Of a stretch of 64,000 nucleotides of DNA, positions 1 to 8,410 are shown piece after piece. The notes under the pieces are model-generated. The model searched no databases, was not told where the DNA came from, and saw nothing but the letters and a program-made list of their open reading frames with translations. The position numbers were made by a program, and so were the translations under genes. Position 1 is the first letter of the stretch; the number at the start of each line of letters is the position of its first letter. The stretch comes from Gammaproteobacteria bacterium (GTDB lineage: Bacteria > Pseudomonadota > Gammaproteobacteria > Steroidobacterales > Steroidobacteraceae): contig JAGWPU010000075.1 of assembly GCA_028870355.1 (NCBI GenBank), forward strand, positions 2,350 through 66,349, read 5' to 3'.

Positions 1-1
1 C

Positions 2-333
2 TCGTTGCTGAGCGGCGTCGCATGCTGGCCGTTCGGCGCGCCGCTCGCCACATCCGGCGGCGCCCTCGCGTTGCTCGCCACGTTCGGCGTCGTGAACTTC
101 GCGATCGGCCTGCCGCTGTTCGTGCTCGGTGCGCGCCGGCTGTCGCCGGTCGAGACCGGATTGATCGGCGCGCTCGACGCGCCGCTCGCGCCGCTGTGGG
201 TCTGGCTCGTGGTCCACGAGGCGCCGAGCCGGGCAACCCTGGTCGGCGGTGCGATCGTGTTACCTCGGTCGCCGCGCATCTCGCGGCCTCCGAGCTCGGC
301 GCCGGCGTCGCGCTCGAATCGCGCGCGAGCTGA
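2..333 (+). pseudogene. EamA/DMT-family transporter, C-terminal part (5' end outside window), with an apparent 1-nt frame change near nt 260-262
   Basis: Frame +2 (ORF 5..622) reads membrane helices GLPLFVLGARRLSPVETGLIGALDAPLAPLWVWLVVHEAPSRATLVGGAIVL, typical of the second EamA repeat. After about nt 260 this frame becomes Arg/Pro/Ser-rich. Frame +1 (ORF 22..333) continues TSVAAHLAASELGAGVALESRAS-stop with G/C at almost every third codon position. Confidence 0.45.
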
Positions 334-363
334 TGCCCGATCGTCTCGACCGCGCCGTCGCGG

Positions 364-1644
364 TTACCGCCGGCGTGCGCAGCCGACGCGCCCGCCGCGA
401 AACCAGCAGCGCCGCTCCACGCCGCCCGCGACATCGTGCACGTCGACGTCCCAGCCGCGCGCCGCGCGGCGGAGCACGATGAAGCCGAAGCCGGGAATCG
501 ACACGCCGCGGGTGACCTTGACGCCGGAATCGCCCTGGAATATCGCACCGCCAAGCTCTCTCGGCGTGCGATCGAGGCGGTCGCCGCCGAAGCCCGCGAT
601 CAGTTGCGGCGGGACCCGCTGAGCCCCACCGTAGTTCAGTGCCTCGAAGCTGTGGATGTGCCCGGCGAGCATCAGGCGGATCGGCGCCGGAATGCCCCGG
701 CGACCGATCGCCGCGATCAGCGTCGCGTTGCCGCCGATCGGGATGTCGAGAGGGCCGGCGATCGCGCCCCAGATCGGGCGGTGCATCAGCAGCCAGCTCG
801 GTGCCGGTGCCCGCGCGAGCGCGGCGAACTCGCGTCGGTAAGTGGGCACGAGCGCCGCGTCGCGGCGAACGTCGGGGGCGTTGGCGTCGTCCAGCACGAC
901 CAGGTGCAGGGTGCCGATCGTGATCCGGTACGGCGCGAGGTGCGGCACGCACGCTTCGCCGGGCGCGACCGGATCCGGGCCCAGCAAGCGCAACCAACCG
1001 ACCCCGGCACGCCCACAGGCCTCGTGGTTGCCGCGGACGACGACCCACGGCGCGGCGGCGAGCAACGGGGCGGCCGGCGCGAAGAAATCCGCGCGCCAGG
1101 TCGCCCAGCGATCCCCGTACGGAGAGCCCGCGCAACCCGTGTTGCCGACCGGGCACGCGCTCTCCCGGTAGAGGTAATCGCCGACGTCGATCACGAGGTC
1201 CGGCCGGGCGCGCGCCGCCGCCGCGGCGAGCTGCGGAAACGGCCAGCGGCGCGGATCGGCACAGTCCTGCACGATCGCCCCCTGGATTCGACATCCCGTA
1301 TCGCCGACCACGACGATGCGTCGAACCCGCGCGGCCGGCAAGGGGATCGCGTGCCCGGCGATCGCGATCGCCCGCGCGGCGCGGGGGACGGCGATGCGGC
1401 AGATCGTCGGAAAGTCGGGGTTCGCGGCCGCGCGAACCTGCATCCGATGCTCGACGCCGTCGATCCGCGCGCGCGGACACCCGGGCGCGGCGACGACCGC
1501 CCTCGCCTCGATCGATCCGCCCGGCCCGTACTGGATCCAGGCCGCGTCCACCGCCGGCGCAGGTGCCGCCGCGTGACCCGTCGGTGCGATCCCGCAGCCG
1601 AGCGAGAAGCACAGTCCGAGTGCCGCGAGACCGACGCGCCTCAT
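364..1644 (-). CDS. Exported calcineurin-like metallophosphoesterase (possible lipoprotein)
   Basis: Full ORF, 426 aa. Metallophosphoesterase motifs VVGDTG, GDYLY, RGNHE and GHIH are present. N-terminal signal peptide MRRVGLAALGLCFSLGCG has a lipobox-like LGC. Confidence 0.8.
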   Translation of the reverse strand: MRRVGLAALGLCFSLGCGIAPTGHAAAPAPAVDAAWIQYGPGGSIEARAVVAAPGCPRARIDGVEHRMQVRAAANPDFPTICRIAVPRAARAIAIAGHAIPLPAARVRRIVVVGDTGCRIQGAIVQDCADPRRWPFPQLAAAAARARPDLVIDVGDYLYRESACPVGNTGCAGSPYGDRWATWRADFFAPAAPLLAAAPWVVVRGNHEACGRAGVGWLRLLGPDPVAPGEACVPHLAPYRITIGTLHLVVLDDANAPDVRRDAALVPTYRREFAALARAPAPSWLLMHRPIWGAIAGPLDIPIGGNATLIAAIGRRGIPAPIRLMLAGHIHSFEALNYGGAQRVPPQLIAGFGGDRLDRTPRELGGAIFQGDSGVKVTRGVSIPGFGFIVLRRAARGWDVDVHDVAGGVERRCWFRGGRVGCARRR

Positions 1645-1786
1645 GGCCGTCGCCCCCCGAATCCGATGATCGATCCGAGTCCCGTGAACGTCCGTGCGAT
1701 CGCACCGACTTCGCGCCGAATCGCCGAAGAGTCACTCATGAGCGCTCCGTCCCGTCCGCGCCACCGCCACCGACGGCGATCCTAGC

Positions 1787-3391
1787 TCATCGGCGCTGCG
1801 GTGCGCGCGACCGGCGATCGATCGCCGCGAGCCCCGCCAGCACGACCGCGAGCACCAGATAGGCGCCGCAGTACTGCACGACCTCGAAGCGCTCGCCCGC
1901 GGGCAACGCCCACGGCAGGTAGACGCCGCCGTCCGCGCGCACCGAGTGCATCACCCCGAACGCGCACAGCGTCGCGCCGGCGACCAGGAACGCGACGGCG
2001 GCGCCGGTGCGTCGGTCGATCATCTCGGCGAGGAACGCCCCCCAGATCGTCGCGGTGACGATGAACCCGTTGCCGAGCGCGACGATCGTCTCGAGCGTCG
2101 ACGGCCGCGTCGCGGACGTCGCGGCCAGGAGCGCCGCGAACCGGCGCGGCGACGCGAATTTCGGGTCGCTCAGCTCGATCGTGACCATGCGCGCGATCGA
2201 CGGAAAGAACGCGAATGCGACCGCCGCCGCGTGCCGCGCGGGCACCGCGCGGAACGCCTGGGTGGTGATGTCGATCGCGACGAAGATCAGCACCGGCGCG
2301 AGCGCCGCGAGCGGGACCCAGCGCAGCAGGTCCGCGACCACGCCGAAAGTGCCGCCGATGCCGATCACGAGACCCGCGAGCAAGGTATACGCCGAGCGGG
2401 CGCCCATCTCCTTGTAGGCCGGATGACCGATATAGGGAGTCGTCTGCGCGACGCCGCCGAGGAGTCCCGCCGCGAGCGTCGCGACCGCTTCCGCGAGCAG
2501 AATGCTCCGGACGTCGTAGTCGTCACCGGCCGCCCGCGCGCTCTCCGTGTTGTTGACGCCCCCGATCACCGTGAGCAGCGCGAACGGCACGAGCAGCGGC
2601 AGGTACGCGGTCGCCGCCCCGAACGCGCCGAACATGCCGCGATCGGGCGTCGGCCACTGCGGCGCGAAGTGAGCTGCGATCGGCACGCCGGCCGCGACGC
2701 CGGCTCCGGTCGTCGCCGCGAGCAGGTAGTGCGCGAACGTCCCGGCGAGCACCGCGAACAGCACCGCCGGCAGCCGCGCCGGCACCGAGCCTTTGGCCAC
2801 GAGCGCGTACAGCACCAGCCCGAGCGACAGGAAGCCGACGATCGGCTCGCGCATCAATTCGACGAACGGCAGGAAGCCGATCAGCAGCAGCGCGATCCCG
2901 GCGAGCGATCCGAGGAGTCCGGCACGCGGCACCAGTCGACCGAGGCGCCGGCCGACGAAGGACAGCGGCAGCTTCAGCAGTCCCATGATCACCGTCGAGG
3001 CCATGCCGAGGTCCCAGGTCCGCAGCGCCGCCGCCTGCGGACCGAGCCCACCGGCGCGCCAGTGCGCGAACGCGGGGCCGAGCACCAGCAATCCCATCCC
3101 GATCGTCGACGGCGTGTCGAGTCCGAACGGCATCGCGGTCACGTCGCCACGCCCTTCGCGCCGCGCGAGGCGCACGGCGAGCCAGCAGTACAGCGCGTCG
3201 CCGACGAGCACGCCGAAGGCGGTTCCCGGGATCATGCGCCCGAGCACGATCTCTCCCGGCACGCCGAAGCCCCGGATGAGAACCGCCGCGAACAGCGCCA
3301 GCACCGACAGATTGTCGATCGACAGCGCGATGAAGCCGTTGATGTCGCCTTTGACGAGACGCAGCCCCAGGGTGCGCGGCGCTTGCGGCAT
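1787..3391 (-). CDS. NCS2/AzgA-like permease (xanthine/uracil/vitamin C permease family)
   Basis: Full ORF, 534 aa, polytopic. The GGVNNTESARAAGDDY...TTPYIGHPAYKEMGAR region is typical of AzgA-type NCS2 permeases. SD GGGAGAGG lies 6 nt before the ATG. Confidence 0.8.
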   Translation of the reverse strand: MPQAPRTLGLRLVKGDINGFIALSIDNLSVLALFAAVLIRGFGVPGEIVLGRMIPGTAFGVLVGDALYCWLAVRLARREGRGDVTAMPFGLDTPSTIGMGLLVLGPAFAHWRAGGLGPQAAALRTWDLGMASTVIMGLLKLPLSFVGRRLGRLVPRAGLLGSLAGIALLLIGFLPFVELMREPIVGFLSLGLVLYALVAKGSVPARLPAVLFAVLAGTFAHYLLAATTGAGVAAGVPIAAHFAPQWPTPDRGMFGAFGAATAYLPLLVPFALLTVIGGVNNTESARAAGDDYDVRSILLAEAVATLAAGLLGGVAQTTPYIGHPAYKEMGARSAYTLLAGLVIGIGGTFGVVADLLRWVPLAALAPVLIFVAIDITTQAFRAVPARHAAAVAFAFFPSIARMVTIELSDPKFASPRRFAALLAATSATRPSTLETIVALGNGFIVTATIWGAFLAEMIDRRTGAAVAFLVAGATLCAFGVMHSVRADGGVYLPWALPAGERFEVVQYCGAYLVLAVVLAGLAAIDRRSRAPQRR

Positions 3392-3492
3392 GGTCGACCT
3401 CTCCCTTGCGCGGGCCGGCCGGTCGCCGGCGAATCGCCGCTAGTGAATCGCGTCGACGGCGGAAAGGAAAGACCCGGCGCCCGGCCGCGATC

Positions 3493-4803
3493 TCATCGCG
3501 CCTCGATCCGCATCAGAAGGTCGGACCGCAGGCGATAATTGATCCGCGCCTCGATCCGCGGGGCCTCGTCGCCGATCGGCGTCAGGCGGAACCGCCGGGT
3601 CATCACCGCGAGGTGCGTCGCCATCTCGAAGGTCGCGAGCGCCTCGCCGATGCAATGTCGCGGCCCGACGCCGAACGGGAGATAGACGAACCGGTGGCGC
3701 GCCGCCTCCGCCGCCGCATCGAAGCGCGATGGATCGAAGCGCTCCGGATCCAGCCAATGCGCGGGATGCCGGTGCATGAAGTAGGGGCTGATGAACACGT
3801 CGGTCGCCGAGGGCAGTGCAATCCCGTGCAGAACGTCCGGGGCGACCGTCCGCCGGGTCATCATCCAGCCCGGCGGACACAGTCTCAGGGACTCCTTGAT
3901 CACCTGCTGGCCGAGGACCCATTCTTCGAGGCCCTCGAGACCGAGCGTCGCCAGATCCGGCAATCCCGGGGTCGATGCGGCGAGCTGTTCCTGGATCTCG
4001 GGGTGCCGGCCGAGCAGGTACCAGGTCCAGGTCAGCGCCGACGCGGTCGTCTCGTGTCCCGCGACGACCAGCGTGATCAGTTCGTCGATCAGTTGCCGGT
4101 CGCTCATGCGTTCGCCGGTGTCCTTGTCCTCCGCCTCGAGCGCCATCTCGAAGAAATCGAACCGCTTCTCCGCCGGGTTCGCCCGACGACGGTCGATCAA
4201 TTCCTGCAGGATCGTGCCGAGGGATCGGATCCGGTACGCGAATTTCAGGTCCCGATCCGCCTCCGTGTGCACGATGGAGAACGGGTTCTCGCCGAAGCGC
4301 TCTCGAATCAACGCCAGATCGTCGCCGAAGATCGCACGCAGATTGATGTCGAGGGTCAGCTCGCTCGCCGCCTCGGTCACGTTCAGCGGCTCGCCGCGGC
4401 GCGCGACCGTCGCCCAGCGCAACGCGTATTCCTCGTTGGTCTGCGCGATCGCGCCGCCGAATCCGGACAACACCCGCCGGTGGAACGCGGGCTGCAACAT
4501 CCGGCGCTGCCGTTGCCAGTGATCGCCGCTGCTCGTCATGATGCCCCGGCCCAGCAGGATCGAGATCTGGTCCGTGCCGACTCCCTTGACGTAGTTGCGA
4601 TGATTGGTGAGCAGCACGCGCTTCACCGCCTCCGGGTCGTTCACGACGTAGCTATAGGTGCGGCGACGCGGCGAATACACGCGAAAGAAATCGCCGTAGA
4701 CCGGCAGCCAATCGCGGATCCTGGTGAGGGTTTCCTCGGACGCGCCGAGATCGAACGACTCGGGCGGCTCCGGCACGGGGACTGGGGCGCCAGGGGAGTG
4801 CAT
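3493..4803 (-). CDS. Cytochrome P450 monooxygenase
   Basis: Starts at Met216 of ORF 3493..5448 (436 aa). I-helix AGHETT, ExxR (ESLR), PERFDPSRF and heme-thiolate loop FGVGPRHCIG. The part of the ORF upstream of Met216 is Arg/Gly-rich junk. Confidence 0.9.
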   Translation of the reverse strand: MHSPGAPVPVPEPPESFDLGASEETLTRIRDWLPVYGDFFRVYSPRRRTYSYVVNDPEAVKRVLLTNHRNYVKGVGTDQISILLGRGIMTSSGDHWQRQRRMLQPAFHRRVLSGFGGAIAQTNEEYALRWATVARRGEPLNVTEAASELTLDINLRAIFGDDLALIRERFGENPFSIVHTEADRDLKFAYRIRSLGTILQELIDRRRANPAEKRFDFFEMALEAEDKDTGERMSDRQLIDELITLVVAGHETTASALTWTWYLLGRHPEIQEQLAASTPGLPDLATLGLEGLEEWVLGQQVIKESLRLCPPGWMMTRRTVAPDVLHGIALPSATDVFISPYFMHRHPAHWLDPERFDPSRFDAAAEAARHRFVYLPFGVGPRHCIGEALATFEMATHLAVMTRRFRLTPIGDEAPRIEARINYRLRSDLLMRIEAR

Positions 4804-4835
4804 CGATCGAATTCTGCTCGGCCGCTCCCGCGACC

Positions 4836-4851
4836 GGGATACGTATTTCCC
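4836..4851. promoter_or_regulatory. AT-rich imperfect palindrome GGGATACGTATTTCCC (perfect core ATACGTAT) in the P450/ferredoxin divergent region
   Basis: Read directly. It is the only AT-rich patch in the 126-bp intergenic region 4804..4929. It could be an operator or shared -10 region. No regulator gene is adjacent. Confidence 0.25.
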
Positions 4852-4929
4852 ACGATGGCCGCGCACTGGCCTCACTGCGCGGCTTCGGGCGATCCTGCGA
4901 GCGCACATTCCAAGATCCCGAGGGTTCCG

Positions 4930-5256
4930 ATGGTCAAGGTCACGTTCGTCGACGCGGCAGGCGCATCCCAGACGATCGACGCGCAGCCCGGTGCGACACT
5001 GATGGAGACCGCGATCGAGAACGCCGTCCCGGGCATCGTCGGCTTCTGCGGGGGGATGTGCAGCTGCGCGACCTGCCACTGTTACCTCGATGCCGAGTGG
5101 GATTCGCGGATTCCCGCGCCGGGCGCCGACGAGCTCGACTCGCTGCGCCGCGTGCTCGACCGCCGGCCACGCAGCCGGCTCGCGTGCCAGATCAGGATCG
5201 AACCCGGCCTGGACGGCCTTCGGGTCGAACTGCCCGCGAGACAACGCAACCCGTAG
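4930..5256 (+). CDS. [2Fe-2S] ferredoxin, adrenodoxin/putidaredoxin type
   Basis: Last 108 codons of ORF 3406..5256, starting MVKVTFVDAAG. Cys pattern C-x5-C-x2-C-x36-C (FCGGMCSCATCH ... RLACQ). Divergent from the P450 gene. Confidence 0.85.
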   Translation: MVKVTFVDAAGASQTIDAQPGATLMETAIENAVPGIVGFCGGMCSCATCHCYLDAEWDSRIPAPGADELDSLRRVLDRRPRSRLACQIRIEPGLDGLRVELPARQRNP

Positions 5257-5294
5257 ATCCGCGGCCACGAACGATCCCGGTCCCCGATGCCCCT

Positions 5295-5393
5295 CTACTC
5301 CAGCCCGTGGCCGTTCGGTCCGCGCTCGCGGACCCACAGGGCAAGCGCCGCCGCCAGCGCCGCGACCGCCGTGAGGAAAAAGAACCCGAGCAT
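5295..5393 (-). CDS. Possible 32-aa single-pass membrane peptide (MLGFFFLTAVAALAAALALWVRERGPNGHGLE)
   Basis: My own translation; the ORF is too short for the supplied track. One hydrophobic helix is followed by a charged tail. G/C occupies nearly all third positions. An in-frame stop lies 17 codons upstream with no alternative start. No clear SD. Confidence 0.25.
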   Translation of the reverse strand: MLGFFFLTAVAALAAALALWVRERGPNGHGLE

Positions 5394-5441
5394 CGGCGCA
5401 TAGCCCGCCGGATTCGCCGCCCCGGCGCCGGCACGGAACGC

Positions 5442-5459
5442 ATGTCATGGATCCGTCAT
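5442..5459 (+). promoter_or_regulatory. Pho-box-like direct repeat ATGTCAT-GGAT-CCGTCAT
   Basis: Two 7-bp direct repeats with 11-bp periodicity. They match the enterobacterial PhoB box CTGTCAT-A(A/T)A(T/A)-CTGTCA(C/T) at 12 of 14 repeat positions. The repeat is oriented toward the TBDR gene and ends 164 nt upstream of its start. Phosphonate genes lie downstream. Confidence 0.45.
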
Positions 5460-5622
5460 CGGCGCGTCGTCAAAGCGCCATCGTGGGCTCACCACAATGG
5501 ATGCCTCGCGGTTCGACCGACCCCGTGCGGATTTCGCGCGGCCTGGTACGCACCGCCGCGCACCGGCGACCCCGGGCGCCGGGATGGGAATTCCGTCAAC
5601 TCAGACATCCAGGGAGACACCA

Positions 5623-8328
5623 TTGAACAGCAGAATGAAGCTCGGTCTCGCGATCGCGGCGATCCTCGGCGGCAGCACGGTGAACGCCTTTGCCGCGACC
5701 GATCCGGGCCCGTCCGAGCGCACTGCGGCGGCTTCGGATTCCGTGTCGAGCTCCGCGCTCCAGGAAGTCGTCGTGACCGCGCAACGTCGCGCGCAATCGG
5801 TCCAGGACGTGCCGATCACGATTCAGGCGATCACCGGTGCGCAGCTCAACCAACTCAGCGTGACGACCTTCGACGACGTGCTGAAATATCTGCCGAACGT
5901 GACCTTCGGGTCGAACGGGCCGGGCCAGGGCAGCATCTTCATGCGCGGGATGAGCGCGGGCTTCGCGGGCAACCAGTCGAGCGCGACTTTCGCCTCGTTT
6001 CCGAACGTCGCGACCTACCTCGACGACCAGTCGCTGCAGTTCCCGGCGCGCAATCTCGACGTCTACCTGGTGGACATGCAGCGCATCGAGGTGCTCGAGG
6101 GTCCGCAGGGCACGCTGTTCGGCGGCGGTGCCGAAGCCGGTGCGATTCGCTACATCACGAACAAGCCGGTGCTCGACCGGACCGAGGGCGTGACCGAGGC
6201 GAGTTACGGCGTGACCGCGCACGGCGATCCGAACCACGCGCTGAGCGCGGTGCTGAACGCACCGTTGATCGCGCACAAGCTCGCGGCCCGCGTGGTGATC
6301 TACGACGATAGGCGCGGCGGCTACATCACCAACGTGCCGAGCACCTTCACGCGCAGCAACAACGATACCGGCAACTACTACGGCGGCGTTCGTCCGGGCG
6401 CGACCGGCTTGTGCCCGAACGGCTTGCCGACCCACACTGGCTTCTGCGTGCCGGCGTCGAACCAGATTGCGAACAACTACGCGATCGCGGGGCGCGCGTC
6501 GAATCCGGTCCAGTACGGCGGTGCCCGCGCGGAGCTGCTCTACCAGATCGACGACGACTGGAGCGCGTTGATCACGCAGAGCTACCAGGACATGGAAGCC
6601 GATGGCCTGTCGACGCAATATCCGATCGGCTCGGACGGGCAGACGCTCGGACCCTGGGAGGTCACTGCGTTCGTGCCGGCGGTGAACAAGGACCGCTTCG
6701 AGAACACCGCGTTCACGCTGAACGGCAAGCTCGGCGCGCTGCACGCCGTGTACACCGCCGGCTACCTCGTGCGTCACATCGACCAGACCAACGATTACTC
6801 GAACTACACGCGCAGCGCCTACGGCTTCTACTACACCTGCAGCGGCGGCTCGGGTTTCGGCTCCGGGACCCCGTCCTCGACGGTGCCGACCTGCTATTCC
6901 CCGATCACGTCCTGGCACGACCAGGTGAAGAACACCCACCTGAGCAACGAGTTCCGCCTCAGCACGCCGAGCAACTGGCGGACCCGCGGGATCGTCGGGC
7001 TGTTCTGGGAGGATTTCGAGATCTACGACAACATGAACTTCCTGTACAAGACGATTCCGTCGTGCACGCCGACGAACCTCGCGAACGCGCTCGCGGGCGG
7101 CTTGCCGTGCGTCGGTAACGTCGGCCCGCTGCCGGGCGCGTACGCGTCGGACCCGAGCGTGCGCAACGACAACGTCGCGTTCGGCGAGGACATTCGCCGC
7201 GGCTACAAACAGACCGCGGTGTTCGCGTCGATGGACTACGACATCGTCCCGAAGGTGCTGACGATCACCGGCGGTGCCCGCTACTACCGCTACAGCGAAG
7301 ACGAGGTGGGCTCGAAGTACACGTCCCCGCTCGCCTGCGCCGACGTCGCCAACGGTTGCTATGCGGGCACGACCAGCATCAATGCCGAACACGAGAACGC
7401 GGTCTACACGGGCGTCAAGGGCCGCGCGAACATCACCTGGCACGTGACCCCGGACATCATGGTCTACTACACGTTCTCGCAGGGATTTCGCCCGGGCGGC
7501 TTCAACCGTACCGTCGCGAACAAGGCGAAGGATGCGAATGGCGTGCCGCAATACTCCTCGCCGCTCAGCTACAAGCCCGACTCGCTGACCAACAATGAGA
7601 TCGGCTGGAAGGCCGAGGTATTCGGCCATCACCTCCTGCTGAACGGCTCGTTCTATCGGATGGACTGGAACGACGTGCAGTTCGCGCTATTCGATCCGAC
7701 GATCCTCGGCAACACCACCTTCGTCGTGAACGGCCCGAACTACCGGATCGACGGCTTCGAACTGCAATTCGTCGCGAAACTCCCCGGCGGATTCACGCTG
7801 CAGGGATCGGGCTCCTGGAACAGCGCGAACCAGTCCTCGTCGCCCTGCCTGATCGACAATTACGCGAGCTCGTCCGGGGTGAAGTCGCCGAATTTCGGCC
7901 AATGCATCACCGAGGTCAAAGGGTCCCCGTTCCCGAACCCGTTCGGCGCGCTGAACACCCGTCCCGCGTTCTCGCCGCCGCAGGAGTTCAACCTCCGCGT
8001 GCGCTACGACTGGGACTACGAGGCGTATCGGGGCTTCGTGATGATCGGTGCGAACCACATCGGACACATGACCAACGAGCCGGCGAGCTTCGTGAACGGC
8101 GATACGGTGCAGGTTCCGTACACGACCTGGCTGAAGTACGATCAGCCGGGGTACACGACCTACGACGGCTCGGTCGGCATCGCGAAGGGCGCCTGGACCG
8201 CGCAGGTGTACGGACAGAACCTGTCCAATTCGGACGCGAGTTTGTTCACCTCCTCGTCCCAGTTCATCAAGTCCGAGGTCCCCCTGCGGCCCCGGGTGAT
8301 CGGCGTCAAGATCGGTTACCGCTTCTGA
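5623..8328 (+). CDS. TonB-dependent outer-membrane receptor (pair 1)
   Basis: ORF 5497..8328. SD AGGGAG lies 6 nt before TTG 5623; ATG 5635 is an alternative start. Signal peptide ends STVNAFA. Plug motifs VVVTAQRRAQSVQDVPI, RIEVLEGPQGTLFGGG and IRYITNKP. C-terminal beta-signal KIGYRF-stop. Confidence 0.9.
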   Translation: MNSRMKLGLAIAAILGGSTVNAFAATDPGPSERTAAASDSVSSSALQEVVVTAQRRAQSVQDVPITIQAITGAQLNQLSVTTFDDVLKYLPNVTFGSNGPGQGSIFMRGMSAGFAGNQSSATFASFPNVATYLDDQSLQFPARNLDVYLVDMQRIEVLEGPQGTLFGGGAEAGAIRYITNKPVLDRTEGVTEASYGVTAHGDPNHALSAVLNAPLIAHKLAARVVIYDDRRGGYITNVPSTFTRSNNDTGNYYGGVRPGATGLCPNGLPTHTGFCVPASNQIANNYAIAGRASNPVQYGGARAELLYQIDDDWSALITQSYQDMEADGLSTQYPIGSDGQTLGPWEVTAFVPAVNKDRFENTAFTLNGKLGALHAVYTAGYLVRHIDQTNDYSNYTRSAYGFYYTCSGGSGFGSGTPSSTVPTCYSPITSWHDQVKNTHLSNEFRLSTPSNWRTRGIVGLFWEDFEIYDNMNFLYKTIPSCTPTNLANALAGGLPCVGNVGPLPGAYASDPSVRNDNVAFGEDIRRGYKQTAVFASMDYDIVPKVLTITGGARYYRYSEDEVGSKYTSPLACADVANGCYAGTTSINAEHENAVYTGVKGRANITWHVTPDIMVYYTFSQGFRPGGFNRTVANKAKDANGVPQYSSPLSYKPDSLTNNEIGWKAEVFGHHLLLNGSFYRMDWNDVQFALFDPTILGNTTFVVNGPNYRIDGFELQFVAKLPGGFTLQGSGSWNSANQSSSPCLIDNYASSSGVKSPNFGQCITEVKGSPFPNPFGALNTRPAFSPPQEFNLRVRYDWDYEAYRGFVMIGANHIGHMTNEPASFVNGDTVQVPYTTWLKYDQPGYTTYDGSVGIAKGAWTAQVYGQNLSNSDASLFTSSSQFIKSEVPLRPRVIGVKIGYRF

Positions 8329-8366
8329 ACACCGGTCCCGGCAACCCGATCACTTCGGCTAGAATC

Positions 8367-8392
8367 GGCGGCGGGCCTCCCGGCCCGCCGCC
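8367..8392 (+). terminator. GC-rich stem-loop GGCGGCGGGCC-tccc-GGCCCGCCGCC between TBDR1 and sulfotransferase 1 (possible partial terminator or mRNA-stability element)
   Basis: Perfect 11-bp inverted repeat with a 4-nt loop, read directly. There is no U-tract after it. Confidence 0.35.
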
Positions 8393-8410
8393 TGCCGCTT
8401 GCGGAGTCGC

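Noticed and set aside
263-622. Continuation of ORF 5..622 beyond nt 262
   Set aside because: The translation is Arg/Pro/Ser-rich and the second codon position is about 90% G/C. It overlaps the convergent metallophosphoesterase gene by about 260 nt. Frame +1 ending at 333 fits the coding statistics better.
3406-4929. Upstream 508 codons of ORF 3406..5256
   Set aside because: This part lies antisense to the P450 gene. Only the last 108 codons, from MVKVTF, form a ferredoxin.
5460-5622. Possible riboswitch (cobalamin or TPP) in the long leader of TBDR1
   Set aside because: I could not find a B12-box-like element or the CUGAGA/ACCUGA features of a TPP element, and no convincing multi-stem structure by eye. 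A covariance-model scan (Rfam/Infernal) would be needed to exclude one.
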